Below are positions 1 through 10,056 of a stretch of DNA of 64,000 nucleotides, in pieces. The notes beneath the pieces were generated by a model that worked only from the letters and a program-made list of their open reading frames with translations, was not told where the DNA came from and did not search any database. This stretch comes from an uncultured Oligoflexales bacterium (GTDB taxonomy: Bacteria > Bdellovibrionota_B > Oligoflexia > Oligoflexales > CAZLMG01). The stretch lies in NCBI GenBank assembly GCA_964560765.1, contig CAZLMG010000001.1, positions 202,903-266,902 of the forward strand. Direction: 5' to 3'. Both the position numbers and the translations under genes were made by a program. Each line of letters starts with the position of its first letter. Positions within the stretch are counted from its first letter, which is position 1.

Positions 1-1
1 G

Positions 2-910
2 GCAGATGCCTGGCAAGGATTTGTCGGCGGCAGCTGGGCTGGTTTTACCAAAGAACAGCTGACCAGAGCTTGGGACGCGGTGAAATTTGTAGTGTTCCCG
101 CAACAAGGCTTTCCAGAGCCGGAAGCCCTAAGCTACAAGGTAAGGTTGCACCTGATCTCAGTACCGAGCGATGCAACGTATGCAGCCGCGATCGCCAAGC
201 CCGAGTCGGGGAGTTGGCACGCGCGGACATGCAAAGCTCCCGCTGCACTGCCGGAGGGCTTGCAAGCGCACTCCGTTTCCTATCGCTTGCTGACACTTGA
301 CCAACCAAATCTCGCACGCAACTTTATTGTGTTAAGCCATTTGGGCTATTGGGACGGCAAGGAATTCAAAGGCTTTCGCGATTTTCGCGGCCTCTTTTCT
401 TTTGGCTCAAACCCTCACGATAAAGACCCTTACTTCTTGAGCGCCGACATTTACCGAACGGATGCGCAGCCCATGGCGAGTCCAGATGCAAAGCAGGCAG
501 CAGAAATAAAGACGGATGGTGGCCGCATTCTTGGTCGAGCGGCGAATGAGACCTATGACGCCGAAGCGAATACTCCTTTTATTCGCGTCGGGGCTTTGGT
601 GGGAATTGCCGAGAATCCCTCCGCACATACGCTTGGCCGGCAAATCCTGGGTACCAAGGCAGCTTTCGCGCTCTATCGTGACCAGGTCGAGGAGCGAGCG
701 GACAAACTTACTGAAAATCAAACCTATCCAGTGGTCTTTGGAGTACCGGTGGATCTTGATGGCAAAGACCGACTGTCATTCGCACAATTCAAGGGTGACA
801 TGAGTCAATATGCGCCGCCACGCCGGTATTTTATCGACTGCGTCGAAGTGCTCACACCGGATCGTGAGCCTTGGCGCCTGCCCGGGGGCCGCAGCATTTA
901 TCTTTACTAG
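2..910 (+). CDS. hypothetical protein, 5' end outside the window
   Basis: Frame 2 is open from base 2, with no stop before the GTG at 80 used by the ORF track, so the gene probably enters from the left edge. Stop TAG at 908-910. No motif recognised. Confidence 0.55.
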   Translation, partial: ADAWQGFVGGSWAGFTKEQLTRAWDAVKFVVFPQQGFPEPEALSYKVRLHLISVPSDATYAAAIAKPESGSWHARTCKAPAALPEGLQAHSVSYRLLTLDQPNLARNFIVLSHLGYWDGKEFKGFRDFRGLFSFGSNPHDKDPYFLSADIYRTDAQPMASPDAKQAAEIKTDGGRILGRAANETYDAEANTPFIRVGALVGIAENPSAHTLGRQILGTKAAFALYRDQVEERADKLTENQTYPVVFGVPVDLDGKDRLSFAQFKGDMSQYAPPRRYFIDCVEVLTPDREPWRLPGGRSIYLY

Positions 911-920
911 GGGAACACCA

Positions 921-3650
921 ATGATGCACTTGCGGCCATGGGCTACACGTACTTTGCTCTTGAGCAGCTTAGCTTTGAGTTGCAAGCGTGTACCTACAGC
1001 GACCGAATTGGCCAGTGAGCTCGACAATACTTACGAATGTCTGCCCCAGCTACGATCGCTGCTCTATCGCGGTTGGGAAAATGACCTCGGACATGTGCAG
1101 CTCGCTGGTTTTGCCGATGAGGGCACCCTAGGACGGGCTCAGACGTTTCTACAGACTCTTGGCGAAGACGCTCCACAGCTTACCGGTTCACCAACGATCA
1201 TCGCCGAAGGCTTCGACCACGTACTACGCACTCCAAACACGCGTCGTTGGCTGTTGATCGCCGCCGATAAGCGCCTCATTATCCGCGACCAACGCTTGAA
1301 TCGAACGTTTTTGATTCCCAACTTAGTCGTCAACAAGATGTGGATGTCTTCCGACAGTGAATCTGTCTCCATGATCACCGCCAATGACTGGGCTGAGCGA
1401 CTGCACGTCAGACTTGATCGTCTTAGCATCAGCAGCTTCGTCGGCGAGTCGCTCAATACCCATCAGCATTTCACGGAATTCATGCGGCGACGCGATGCCG
1501 ACATTTTGCAGACCCAAAGGACCACGACGATCGCCTATGGATTCGCCTATCAGCATCGATACATGAGTGAACTCTTTCGTCAGGGAAAAGCCAAGGACGC
1601 AACCGATCGATTCATGACCGAGGCTTTCTCGACCTCCTGGTACAACGACCCGCGCGCCCATGGGATTACCAGCGTCAATGGTTTAGACTTTCCGTGGCCC
1701 GCAGCCAATATTGGTGGCTACTTCGTCATCGCGGGACCCAAGGGTTTCATCGATTCACAAAACCAGGAAATGAATCGCGCCGCGTACTTTGGTCCCAGAG
1801 ATAATATTACGGCTTTCGCCTTTCACCGAGGCCCCCGCGTCGCCAATTCGGCGCGACATTGGCTAACCGCACATCGCCGCTGCAGCGCCGGGTTAGATAA
1901 CCGACAGGCCTGCCGCCTAGATATTCATTCGCACTATGAGGGCCTGGAGCAGGAGCGACATCCGCTTGTGTTCTCTATGCCAGTAGCCGATCAACAAAGC
2001 CAATCCGTCATCACGGCGTTGGCCGAGGGGCCCCTCGTCGGTGGCCGACAATTGATTGCCTTTGCCCTCTCTGCTGGCATGGCTGGCAGAGATCGCGGCG
2101 CCACAGTTCACATTCTGGAGCTGCGGCAGAGTCAACCAGCAAAGACCCTTCGCACCTTGCGTTTTGCTAGTGATGTGACTCAGCTGCGTTTTGCCGAGGA
2201 CGATCTCGATCAGCCGCGCGCTGAATATCTGGGTGGACTTTTTGTGGAAACCCTCGATGGCAGCAAGCAGTACAAACGCTTGACCGTGCAATTGGACGCC
2301 GCCCTGAAACCCATCCTGATCGGCCAACATCAACCAGGTACCTTGACTCAACCAGATTGGCGATTCGCAGCCGCACAACCGTTGCAGAAGGCGTTTGCTG
2401 ACCGCGACCAAAAGTCCCGGAGCACTCGCTGGCAACAACTACCAGCCTCCGATCAATCTGCGATCTATGGACTTACATTTGATAAGCAAGCTCCTTGCGA
2501 GACCCTTGTTTCCGCCGGATCTGATGGGCGCTTGGTGCAATGGGATATGCGAACTGTTGGCGCGCAGTCAGCGCAGGGGCGAGAGCTGCCTGGATCGATT
2601 CCGGGCCAGCGCATCGTTAGCTTGGATACGCACGCGCGAATGAACCAGCTCATGGCAGCATTCAGTAATGGTACTGCGCGCCTATGGAATCTGCGACAAC
2701 TGGGTGAGCCGATTTCACCCATGATTCCGGGCCCACCAGCAGAGACGACAGCCGCGCCTGCAAACACGGCGGAGTTGCCTGCGACGCCTACTGATACGCC
2801 TTTGGCGACTGCCCCAGTCAGCCCAGCACTGCAACCTAGCAGCAGCTCATCCACCATTCGCGCCGCAGGCTTGCTCAGCAGCGGGGATGGAATCGTGATC
2901 CTGCGCGAGAAGCAGCCACCGGCCTTTTACGGCCTGGATGGCGTCCTGCGCGACCAGCAAATGGATGAAGTCAGTGCAGCACGCCTAATACCCCAGTCTG
3001 CTGATGATGCACCACAGCTTGTCGCCCTAGCACCGCAAAGTGACTTCTTGCGACTGACAGATATGCACATCTTTGCCAATAGCCGCGGCTTTGTGGCGAG
3101 CAGCAACGTTCGGCAGCGTTCTGGTGGCGAATATCATTTACTGCTGGTGGACGATCGCGCCGCACCTTTCTTGCCCATGTCGCTAGCCACCAATCAAGAT
3201 GGCACCTGGGTGTTTGCCGCCGGCATGCCAGCGGCTGGTATGGCTACTGGGACACTTTTACGATTCCCTAGCCAAGCACGCGGCATAGGTGCCCAGGATC
3301 GCTTTGAACATTGTCGGGGAGCCCCTGTCAGCTCCAACACACAGTTAAAGCAGGTACCTTATATCGGGCACGTCGGACCGGTGATGGGGCTTGCGGTACA
3401 AAAGCTGAAGGGCACCGAAAAGGTGATCAGTGTCGGCTTAGACGGTCGATTGATCGTCTGGTCCGTCTTGGATCCGTGCATATTCGAGCAAGATTCGGCA
3501 ATAGATCGTAAGATAGAAGCTGTATATGAAGTCGAGCAGGGTTTAACCAGTGTTGCGATCAGTCGCGACGGCCGCTATGTGGCGGCAGGTACCCTAGATG
3601 GCAAGGTCCTCTTGTGGTGGATTGATGACTCGCTGGAGATTGATCCTTAG
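921..3650 (+). CDS. large WD40-like (beta-propeller) repeat lipoprotein, function unknown
   Basis: The ORF track gives 810..3650. I place the start at ATG 921 (MMHLRPWATRTLLLSSLALSC, a signal peptide plus lipobox-like LALSC), 10 nt after the upstream stop. The C-terminal half has WD-like strands (SAGSDGRLVQWDM, NGTARLWNL, VGLDGRLIVWSV, AGTLDGKVLLWWI) and a Pro/Thr/Ala/Ser-rich linker. Confidence 0.6.
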   Translation: MMHLRPWATRTLLLSSLALSCKRVPTATELASELDNTYECLPQLRSLLYRGWENDLGHVQLAGFADEGTLGRAQTFLQTLGEDAPQLTGSPTIIAEGFDHVLRTPNTRRWLLIAADKRLIIRDQRLNRTFLIPNLVVNKMWMSSDSESVSMITANDWAERLHVRLDRLSISSFVGESLNTHQHFTEFMRRRDADILQTQRTTTIAYGFAYQHRYMSELFRQGKAKDATDRFMTEAFSTSWYNDPRAHGITSVNGLDFPWPAANIGGYFVIAGPKGFIDSQNQEMNRAAYFGPRDNITAFAFHRGPRVANSARHWLTAHRRCSAGLDNRQACRLDIHSHYEGLEQERHPLVFSMPVADQQSQSVITALAEGPLVGGRQLIAFALSAGMAGRDRGATVHILELRQSQPAKTLRTLRFASDVTQLRFAEDDLDQPRAEYLGGLFVETLDGSKQYKRLTVQLDAALKPILIGQHQPGTLTQPDWRFAAAQPLQKAFADRDQKSRSTRWQQLPASDQSAIYGLTFDKQAPCETLVSAGSDGRLVQWDMRTVGAQSAQGRELPGSIPGQRIVSLDTHARMNQLMAAFSNGTARLWNLRQLGEPISPMIPGPPAETTAAPANTAELPATPTDTPLATAPVSPALQPSSSSSTIRAAGLLSSGDGIVILREKQPPAFYGLDGVLRDQQMDEVSAARLIPQSADDAPQLVALAPQSDFLRLTDMHIFANSRGFVASSNVRQRSGGEYHLLLVDDRAAPFLPMSLATNQDGTWVFAAGMPAAGMATGTLLRFPSQARGIGAQDRFEHCRGAPVSSNTQLKQVPYIGHVGPVMGLAVQKLKGTEKVISVGLDGRLIVWSVLDPCIFEQDSAIDRKIEAVYEVEQGLTSVAISRDGRYVAAGTLDGKVLLWWIDDSLEIDP

Positions 3651-5379
3651 CATTCTTGCCGGTTCGGCAGCCGCATGGGGTCCCATCGGTCATGCGGCAA
3701 ATTCTTGCGATATCGCCGAAGGACAGTGGCTACAGCGCTATGCGGATTATTGGATCCAGCGCAAGGGTCAGAACGACCCGCTCTTGGTTTACACTAGCAA
3801 CAACATGTTGCGTGAGCTGAATGATGCGCTAGCCCAATGGACTCGCGGCAGCGAATATCTCAGCGGTCTTACCCACTTTCTGTTTCAGTTCGAGTTACGC
3901 AAAGTGACGGAATCCCGTGGCTTAACCATCTTGCAGCAACAGTCACCCTACTTCAAGTCCGTCGAAATTACCTTTGCCGGTGGGCGAGGTAAAGAAGATG
4001 CACTATGGCACAGTGTCATTGAAGCGCGCGAACATGCCGTCACCCGAGTTTGGGAGGCTATTTTTCATACAAATCCGCAAGTGAATGCTCTCGTTGCGGC
4101 GATTGAGAATCCCAACAGCCCCATGAGCCGCTCAGGCCAGTATCGTTTTCTGAACGGCAAGGCATCTCTGCAAGCACTGACAAGCGACGAGCAAAAGCTA
4201 CTTGCCGACGCTATCAGCAAACACTACTCCGAATCTGAATTCAAATATCGGTTGCTCAATGCCTACGGGATTGGCCTGGGTCGATCGCGCATCGATGCTA
4301 GCTTTGCTGCAAAGCTGTCCACCATTTCAGGCGGCGACCGGGCACCACTCGTCCGCTTCAACTATCGGGATTTTGCGTCCGTGTTACGTGCGGCAGAATT
4401 ACAGGCGGAAAAGCTCAATTGGATTTTTTCTGGGCGCTCTGCCAAAGAGCAGGAACAGATTTTTCAGATCATTCGCGCCAATCTAGGAACAAGATCGACG
4501 AGCGAATGGACGCCGTCCATGCGCCGGATTGCTCAACAGCATCCGGGCTCTGGTACGTTATCTGAAGTTGAACTGTTAGCAACGGTGCGTCGAGATCTGA
4601 GCACTTACCAGCGCACCATTAACTTACTCGATTTCTTGCCTGAACAATGGACCCAGCAACCGCCAGACACCATGGCTCGCTTCAATGCATTGACCGGCGA
4701 AGCCGGCTTTCTGTTTTTGGATCGTCGCGGACTCGGTGCCGCCAACTTGCTCATTTTCCATCAACAAGCGCCAGAGATTCGCCGGCAGATATCCGCCATT
4801 GAAACAGATATCGCAGAATGGGCACAATGGACGGAGGCGGCGCCGCAGAAAGAACAACTACAGCAGCGCATCGAATTGGGTCTGCAAGCACTGATGCAGA
4901 CTCGCGAAAGTATACTTGAAGCGAGCAACTCACTGATTGAAAGCACCAAAAAGGATATCGCGGCAGCCCTTAAGCGCTTGGGGCTCAGAGAACAAGATTA
5001 TGTCCTTTGGGCCGCTGGCGACGATATGATTTTGAAGTTCCGAGTCAAGAACCTGGATTGGCGTCGTCTCTACCAAGAGTTGATCAAGGATCCCTCCTTT
5101 CCTAGACAGCAACGAATGGTCTTTTCCGACCACAATGCCGCCGAGGACGGTACTCTCGCCTCAGCTCGCCTGACCGTCGGACGCGCTGCGGATGTAGCAA
5201 AATCAATCGATCGTCTTGAACTTGATTATCCGGTCCTAGTCCGTTTGCAAGACGCTGCATCCCGCCGCGTTGAGGTCTATACCGTAGGCAAGCTTGGCGA
5301 ACTAGCATCAGTTCCGCCCCAGCACCAGGCAGCCATGCGCCTCATAGCCCAAGACTGGCATCTCACATTTCCCAATTAA
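3625..5379 (+). CDS. hypothetical exported protein, helix-rich by composition
   Basis: ORF 3598..5379. An internal ATG at 3625 gives MTRWRLILSILAGSAAAWGPIGHA, which is signal-peptide-like. It overlaps the upstream stop by 26 nt, suggesting an operon. No recognisable domain. Confidence 0.5.
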   Translation: MTRWRLILSILAGSAAAWGPIGHAANSCDIAEGQWLQRYADYWIQRKGQNDPLLVYTSNNMLRELNDALAQWTRGSEYLSGLTHFLFQFELRKVTESRGLTILQQQSPYFKSVEITFAGGRGKEDALWHSVIEAREHAVTRVWEAIFHTNPQVNALVAAIENPNSPMSRSGQYRFLNGKASLQALTSDEQKLLADAISKHYSESEFKYRLLNAYGIGLGRSRIDASFAAKLSTISGGDRAPLVRFNYRDFASVLRAAELQAEKLNWIFSGRSAKEQEQIFQIIRANLGTRSTSEWTPSMRRIAQQHPGSGTLSEVELLATVRRDLSTYQRTINLLDFLPEQWTQQPPDTMARFNALTGEAGFLFLDRRGLGAANLLIFHQQAPEIRRQISAIETDIAEWAQWTEAAPQKEQLQQRIELGLQALMQTRESILEASNSLIESTKKDIAAALKRLGLREQDYVLWAAGDDMILKFRVKNLDWRRLYQELIKDPSFPRQQRMVFSDHNAAEDGTLASARLTVGRAADVAKSIDRLELDYPVLVRLQDAASRRVEVYTVGKLGELASVPPQHQAAMRLIAQDWHLTFPN

Positions 5380-5398
5380 CCATCTCGATGGGGTCAGA

Positions 5399-5887
5399 AT
5401 GAACAACGCCGAAATCGCAGAGTTTCTCGACAGGGTCCCCCTATTTCATGGGCTGAGTCGTCACCATCGAGAACTGCTCGCGGCGATTGGCGAGCAGCGC
5501 AACATTGCCGCAGATCACTATCTGGTTTTAGATCAGCAGTTCTCGGACGGGTTCTTTGTCTTGCTGAGCGGCGAGGCCAGCATCGAGATCTCCATGCCAC
5601 ATGGGCAAGGACTGGAACCCATTGCCAAAGTTCGCGCCGGAGAAACGCTCGGTGAGTTAGCACTTCTGGGCTTTAAGAAGCGAACAGCCTCAGCCCGAGC
5701 CCTGCGTTCGGTGCAGACCATTTACTTCAAAGTCGCAAAGATCGAGGAGATGTTTGCCGCACATTCGGATTCAGCCAAAAAGATACTCCACAACCTATCA
5801 ATATTATTAGCAAATAGATTGATTAGCACGACCAAAGATTTAGGCAATTCCGTCTATCAAAGCATGTATCTGCATTCCGGTCAGTGA
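5399..5887 (+). CDS. stand-alone cyclic-nucleotide-binding (CAP-family cNMP) domain protein
   Basis: Carries the phosphate-binding-cassette-like motif GETLGELALLG....RTASARAL, preceded by FFVLLSGEASIEI. At 162 aa it is too short for a CRP/FNR C-terminal HTH. It starts 19 nt after the upstream stop. Confidence 0.8.
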   Translation: MNNAEIAEFLDRVPLFHGLSRHHRELLAAIGEQRNIAADHYLVLDQQFSDGFFVLLSGEASIEISMPHGQGLEPIAKVRAGETLGELALLGFKKRTASARALRSVQTIYFKVAKIEEMFAAHSDSAKKILHNLSILLANRLISTTKDLGNSVYQSMYLHSGQ

Positions 5888-6009
5888 GTTCGACGGGCCC
5901 GCCTCCCTTTCTGACTGAATGGCTGTTGCAGGCAGACGCATAATGCATTAGCTTTTTCTTGAGGCTTCCGTGTTTTCCGCAAGTGTGTCGGTTTTGCAAG
6001 AGGGTCCGT

Positions 6010-6852
6010 ATGCGCCTTGTTGTTTCAGCATTTCTGATGATGGCAGTGATCTACTCACCCATGGCAGTTGCCACTTCGTCCAGTGTTGGCGCGGATCAAA
6101 TTCCTGATGTAGCGGAGCAATTGTTTGCCGCCCGCGGCTCGTCACCCCAGGCGACGCATCAGGCGATTGCTGCCTATCGGCAATTACTCACCCGCCCGTT
6201 ATCGATTCTTGAACAGCATCACGTCGCCAAGCGACTCGCTCATCTGTATGCCTTCGCCGCTTTGGAAATCCCCATGTACCGCATGCAAGAGCGGCTCGTT
6301 ATTTACGAGGGCTGCCTGGATGTGACTCCTCATTTGGCACGCACGGGCCGCATTCTCGGGATGGTTGATTACTACTTTTGGCACGCCGCTTGTTTAACTC
6401 TCTGGTCGGAAGCTCGCGGGGAGCAAACGCTCATGAAACGCTCGGGTGAAATCATGCAACTGGTCGAAAGCGGCTTAGAGTTGGAATCAACCTATGAGGG
6501 CGGCGGCTTTGATCGCCTCATGGCGGAATTGTATGTGCGCCTTCCCGTGCGCAACCCGTACGGGCCCGCAGGAAGTCTGCCACTCGCGCGCCATCACATT
6601 CGCCAGTCTTTGACCTCTGCCCCTGACGAACGCTCCGCAAGTCCTGAGCTGGCCTCAGGTGACTACTACTATGAGTCATATTACATCTACGCCAAGACCA
6701 TGATCACCTGCGGTGAGCGCGAATCAGCCAGGACCCTTCTTCGCCTAGCTCTGCAACGAATTGACGATGGCGACGTGAATCCAGAGCGTGAGCCAGAGAC
6801 AATATTGGCAGCCCGTGGCCTCAAAGATTTACTCGACTCCATTAGCAAGTAG
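6010..6852 (+). CDS. exported helical-repeat (TPR/TatT-like) protein, function unknown
   Basis: The ORF track starts at TTG 5959. ATG 6010 gives MRLVVSAFLMMAVIYSPMAVATS, a signal peptide, with AGAGGG upstream. The helical-repeat composition and a central YEGGGFDRLMAELYVRLP stretch recall TatT-like TPR proteins. This is from memory only. Confidence 0.45.
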   Translation: MRLVVSAFLMMAVIYSPMAVATSSSVGADQIPDVAEQLFAARGSSPQATHQAIAAYRQLLTRPLSILEQHHVAKRLAHLYAFAALEIPMYRMQERLVIYEGCLDVTPHLARTGRILGMVDYYFWHAACLTLWSEARGEQTLMKRSGEIMQLVESGLELESTYEGGGFDRLMAELYVRLPVRNPYGPAGSLPLARHHIRQSLTSAPDERSASPELASGDYYYESYYIYAKTMITCGERESARTLLRLALQRIDDGDVNPEREPETILAARGLKDLLDSISK

Positions 6853-7693
6853 CCTCTGGCAAACGTGGTCGAAAGCGCTTGCGCTTCGAGGATACCAACG
6901 CCAACTGATCACGAAACTGCAGCAATTGTGCCACCATAGAAATCGCAATCTCTGGTGGCGTATTGTTGCCCAAAGGCAGGCCAAGTGGTGAAACCAGTTG
7001 CGCAATGTCCTCTGCCGAAAATCCTTCTGCACGCAATTCTCTTCGCACCCGTTCTGCCTTACCCACACTGCCGATCATGCCAAGAAAAGGCTGGCGACGC
7101 TGCCGCATCACCGCGGATAGTATAGGATAGTCAACGGCATGTCCCTGCGTCATCAACAATACAAAGGCATGCGCAGGAATCTGCGCCACGAAGTCGTTGA
7201 GCTCGGCCCGACAGGATGTCTGCAATCGCCCATGCGACGGCAGTTTATCCAGCCACTCTTGCCGCTGATCCACGCAGACGACCCGACATTCCAAGGTCAG
7301 CAGCAGGGGAATCAGCGCCTGAGCTACGTGTCCGGCGCCAAAGACGACAACACACCAGGCTGGATTGCCCAGGCGCTCAAAGAAGATCGAGACTTCTCCG
7401 CCGCAGGTCATACCCACGTCGTCTTGTAAATGCCACGTGACGAATTGATTCCGTGGCGAGGTGGGCTCACTCAGCCATTCGCGAGCTTGAGCAATCACAC
7501 GCGCTTCAATCTTGCCGCCGCCAATCGTCCCGGCCATCAGCCCTTGCTCCGTAACCACCACTTTCGCACCGATCGTTTGCGGAGCAGAGCCGCGAACAGC
7601 GACCAGGGTTGCTTGGACAAAAGCTGTCCCCGCTGCCGACAACCCCGCCATCAGTTGCAAAAGATCTTCCTCGTTTGGCCCCATGACCGTCAT
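6842..7693 (-). CDS. xdhC: xanthine dehydrogenase accessory/maturation factor XdhC
   Basis: XdhC/CoxI-like N-terminus (ATLVAVRGSAPQTIGAKVVV..GTIGGGKIEA) and a Rossmann-like VVVFGAGHVAQAL. Its start overlaps the xdhB stop by 4 nt. Confidence 0.85.
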   Translation of the reverse strand: MTVMGPNEEDLLQLMAGLSAAGTAFVQATLVAVRGSAPQTIGAKVVVTEQGLMAGTIGGGKIEARVIAQAREWLSEPTSPRNQFVTWHLQDDVGMTCGGEVSIFFERLGNPAWCVVVFGAGHVAQALIPLLLTLECRVVCVDQRQEWLDKLPSHGRLQTSCRAELNDFVAQIPAHAFVLLMTQGHAVDYPILSAVMRQRRQPFLGMIGSVGKAERVRRELRAEGFSAEDIAQLVSPLGLPLGNNTPPEIAISMVAQLLQFRDQLALVSSKRKRFRPRLPEATC

Positions 7694-10056
7694 GGCATCC
7701 TCATCAATAACGCCTCAGCCGTCGCCGGAACTGGTAAGTCAGCCAGATGCCCCCGAGGCAACGCGTAGGACAGGGCATTCTTACAGGCTGTCCAGACTGA
7801 GATTGCCAGCATCAGCGGCGGCTCACCAACCGCTTTACTACCCCTCACGTTTTTCTGATTCCGATCGTTTGGCCAAAGTTGCACGCGAAAATCCCGTGGA
7901 ATGTCGTGCACGCTGGGAATCTTGTAAGTGCTGGGAGAATGCGAAACCAGCATCCCCTTTTCATTATAGAAAAGGCTCTCAGTAGTCATCCAACCCATAC
8001 CTTGAACAAAAGCACCGGTGACCTGTCCGAGATCAATGCCCTTCAGGATCGATCGACCCACATCCATTAAGATATCCGTGCGCAGCAGCTTCACTTCCCC
8101 GGTGTATCGATCGACACTCACTTCCGAAACCGCGGCTCCCGTCGAGAAATAGAAAAATGGCTGGCCCTGCCCCGTCTCTTTGTTGAAATGGATACCGGGG
8201 TAAGTAAAGTATCCGTACTCACTCAGGGAAATGCGATTGAGATAGGCCTCATCGACAAGCTCAGTGAGGGAGATTCTCCAGCTCTGATTCTTTCGATGCC
8301 GGACCTCGCCGTCAATAAACTCCACGTCACTCGTATCTACGGTTCCCGTTACCTTGACCTCAGGAGCTGCGCCAGCGCCGGCTACCTTGCGCCCCCGCAA
8401 CGCAGCCGGACGCGCCCAGACGTGCAGTGCCAACTCGGCAAGACGTTGCCGTATTCTTTGTGCGGCGTCATGGGCAGCTGCTCCGTTAATATCCGACCCA
8501 CTCGACGCTGCGGTCGGTGATGTATTGGCATTCTTTTCCGTCGATGTCGGCATCAACCGCACGGCACCAAGCGTTATGCCAAAAACCTCAGCGACAACTC
8601 TTCCGATCTTACTATTAACTCCCTGGCCCATCTCCGTCGCACCTGTTGACACTTGTACGGTGCCATCGAGATGCATGTTGACGAGAGCATTTCCCTGATT
8701 GAGGAAACGCGTGGTGAAAGAAATACCAAATTTGACCGGCGTCATACTTAAACCGCGCACGACCCCCGCTGCTTTCGAGTTGTGTTCCTCGATGTCCCGG
8801 CGACGTTGGTCGTACTGCGCCGAGGAGCGCAGATGCGCCCACAATTCTGGGATTGGATTCTCCTCGACGAGTTGGCCGTAATGAGTGCGATTGCGCTCCG
8901 TTAACTGATAAAGGTTGCGCTGCCGAACATCGGCCGGGTCCAAGCCCAAAGTCTGGGCGATGTCCTCCAGGATGTGCTCGATGGTCAGCATACCCTTGGG
9001 TCCACCAAAGCCGCGAAAGGCGGTCGTCGGTTGCAGATTCGTTCTGCAAACCTGACCAACGACCCTTGCGTTGGGAAGAAAATAGGCATTGTCCAGGTGC
9101 AGCATGGCGCGTTCCATGATGGCCGGCGAAAGATCCGTATAAGCGCCTCCATCGGACAACATGGATACATCGAGGGCCAATATATGACCCGCCTCATCAA
9201 ATCCTACCCGGTAGGTGTTGTGGAACGGATTGCGCTTGCCGGTGATTCGCATATCGTCGTCTTTGCTTAAGACTAATCGCGCGGGTCGCTTGGTCCTGGC
9301 GGCGACCAATGCGGCATAAACGGCAAACGGCGCCGCTTGCGACTCCTTGCCACCGAATGCTCCACCCATACGCTTCACCACACAAACAACGCGGTGATAG
9401 GACAACCCCAATGCATCGGCTACCAGATGCTGCACTTCCGTCGGGTGTTGGCTCGATGCGTGCACTTCGATTGAGCCATCTTCCTGCGGATAAGCGATAG
9501 CCGCTTGCGACTCTAGGTAAAAATGATCTTGGCCGGCAATTCGCAATTCACCCTGCAACGTGTGCGGCGCTTTCGCCAGCGCCGCATCCACATCGCCGGT
9601 GGCAATCGTGCGCTTGAAACCGAGAAATTGGTTCTGAGCCTTTGCCATATCGATGGACAGAACGGCGGGCAGTTCTTCAATATCTAACTGTACAGCCCGC
9701 AGTCCCCGCGCCAGCGCGGACGGCGACTCGGCCGCAATCAAAGCGATTGCCTCACCCCAAAAATGGGTTTCTGATTCCGCCAGAAACGGTTGATCCTGAA
9801 TGATAGTTCCCCAGGAGTTATGGCGTAGATCGCGATGCGTAACAACAGCCACAACGCCCGCAATGCTGAGTGCAGGTTGCGCATCCAAGTGCCGTATACG
9901 CCCGCGTGCCACTGGTGAACCGAAGATGCCGACGTGCAACTCGCCAGGCAGAAAGGGCCGATCATCAATGTACACTGCCGCGCCTGAAGCAAGTTCTCGC
10001 GCTGCATCATGCGGAAAATCGGCCTCGTCGACGCCCTTTTTCACCGCCCGACTCAT
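7690..10056 (-). CDS. xdhB: xanthine dehydrogenase, molybdopterin-binding large subunit
   Basis: 788 aa with MGGAFGGKESQ (the GGxFGGK Mo-cofactor family motif) and overall aldehyde oxidase/XDH a/b-hammerhead architecture. Overlaps xdhA by 4 nt. Confidence 0.9.
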   Translation of the reverse strand: MSRAVKKGVDEADFPHDAARELASGAAVYIDDRPFLPGELHVGIFGSPVARGRIRHLDAQPALSIAGVVAVVTHRDLRHNSWGTIIQDQPFLAESETHFWGEAIALIAAESPSALARGLRAVQLDIEELPAVLSIDMAKAQNQFLGFKRTIATGDVDAALAKAPHTLQGELRIAGQDHFYLESQAAIAYPQEDGSIEVHASSQHPTEVQHLVADALGLSYHRVVCVVKRMGGAFGGKESQAAPFAVYAALVAARTKRPARLVLSKDDDMRITGKRNPFHNTYRVGFDEAGHILALDVSMLSDGGAYTDLSPAIMERAMLHLDNAYFLPNARVVGQVCRTNLQPTTAFRGFGGPKGMLTIEHILEDIAQTLGLDPADVRQRNLYQLTERNRTHYGQLVEENPIPELWAHLRSSAQYDQRRRDIEEHNSKAAGVVRGLSMTPVKFGISFTTRFLNQGNALVNMHLDGTVQVSTGATEMGQGVNSKIGRVVAEVFGITLGAVRLMPTSTEKNANTSPTAASSGSDINGAAAHDAAQRIRQRLAELALHVWARPAALRGRKVAGAGAAPEVKVTGTVDTSDVEFIDGEVRHRKNQSWRISLTELVDEAYLNRISLSEYGYFTYPGIHFNKETGQGQPFFYFSTGAAVSEVSVDRYTGEVKLLRTDILMDVGRSILKGIDLGQVTGAFVQGMGWMTTESLFYNEKGMLVSHSPSTYKIPSVHDIPRDFRVQLWPNDRNQKNVRGSKAVGEPPLMLAISVWTACKNALSYALPRGHLADLPVPATAEALLMRMP

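Noticed and set aside
810-920. The 5' extension of the WD40 ORF (track start 810), overlapping the upstream gene by 101 nt.
   Set aside because: The extension (MRRHAGILSTASKCSHRIVSLGACPGAAAFIFTRGTP) lies inside the upstream coding region. ATG 921 gives a clean signal peptide and lipobox right after the upstream stop.
7879-9500. Multiple 60-144-aa ORFs on both strands inside xdhB (for example 8615..9049 -, 8354..8698 +), and similar sets inside allB, actB, the AI-2E transporter gene and uvrC.
   Set aside because: They overlap strongly supported long genes and have Arg/Pro/Ser-rich out-of-frame composition typical of GC-rich DNA. No motifs were found.
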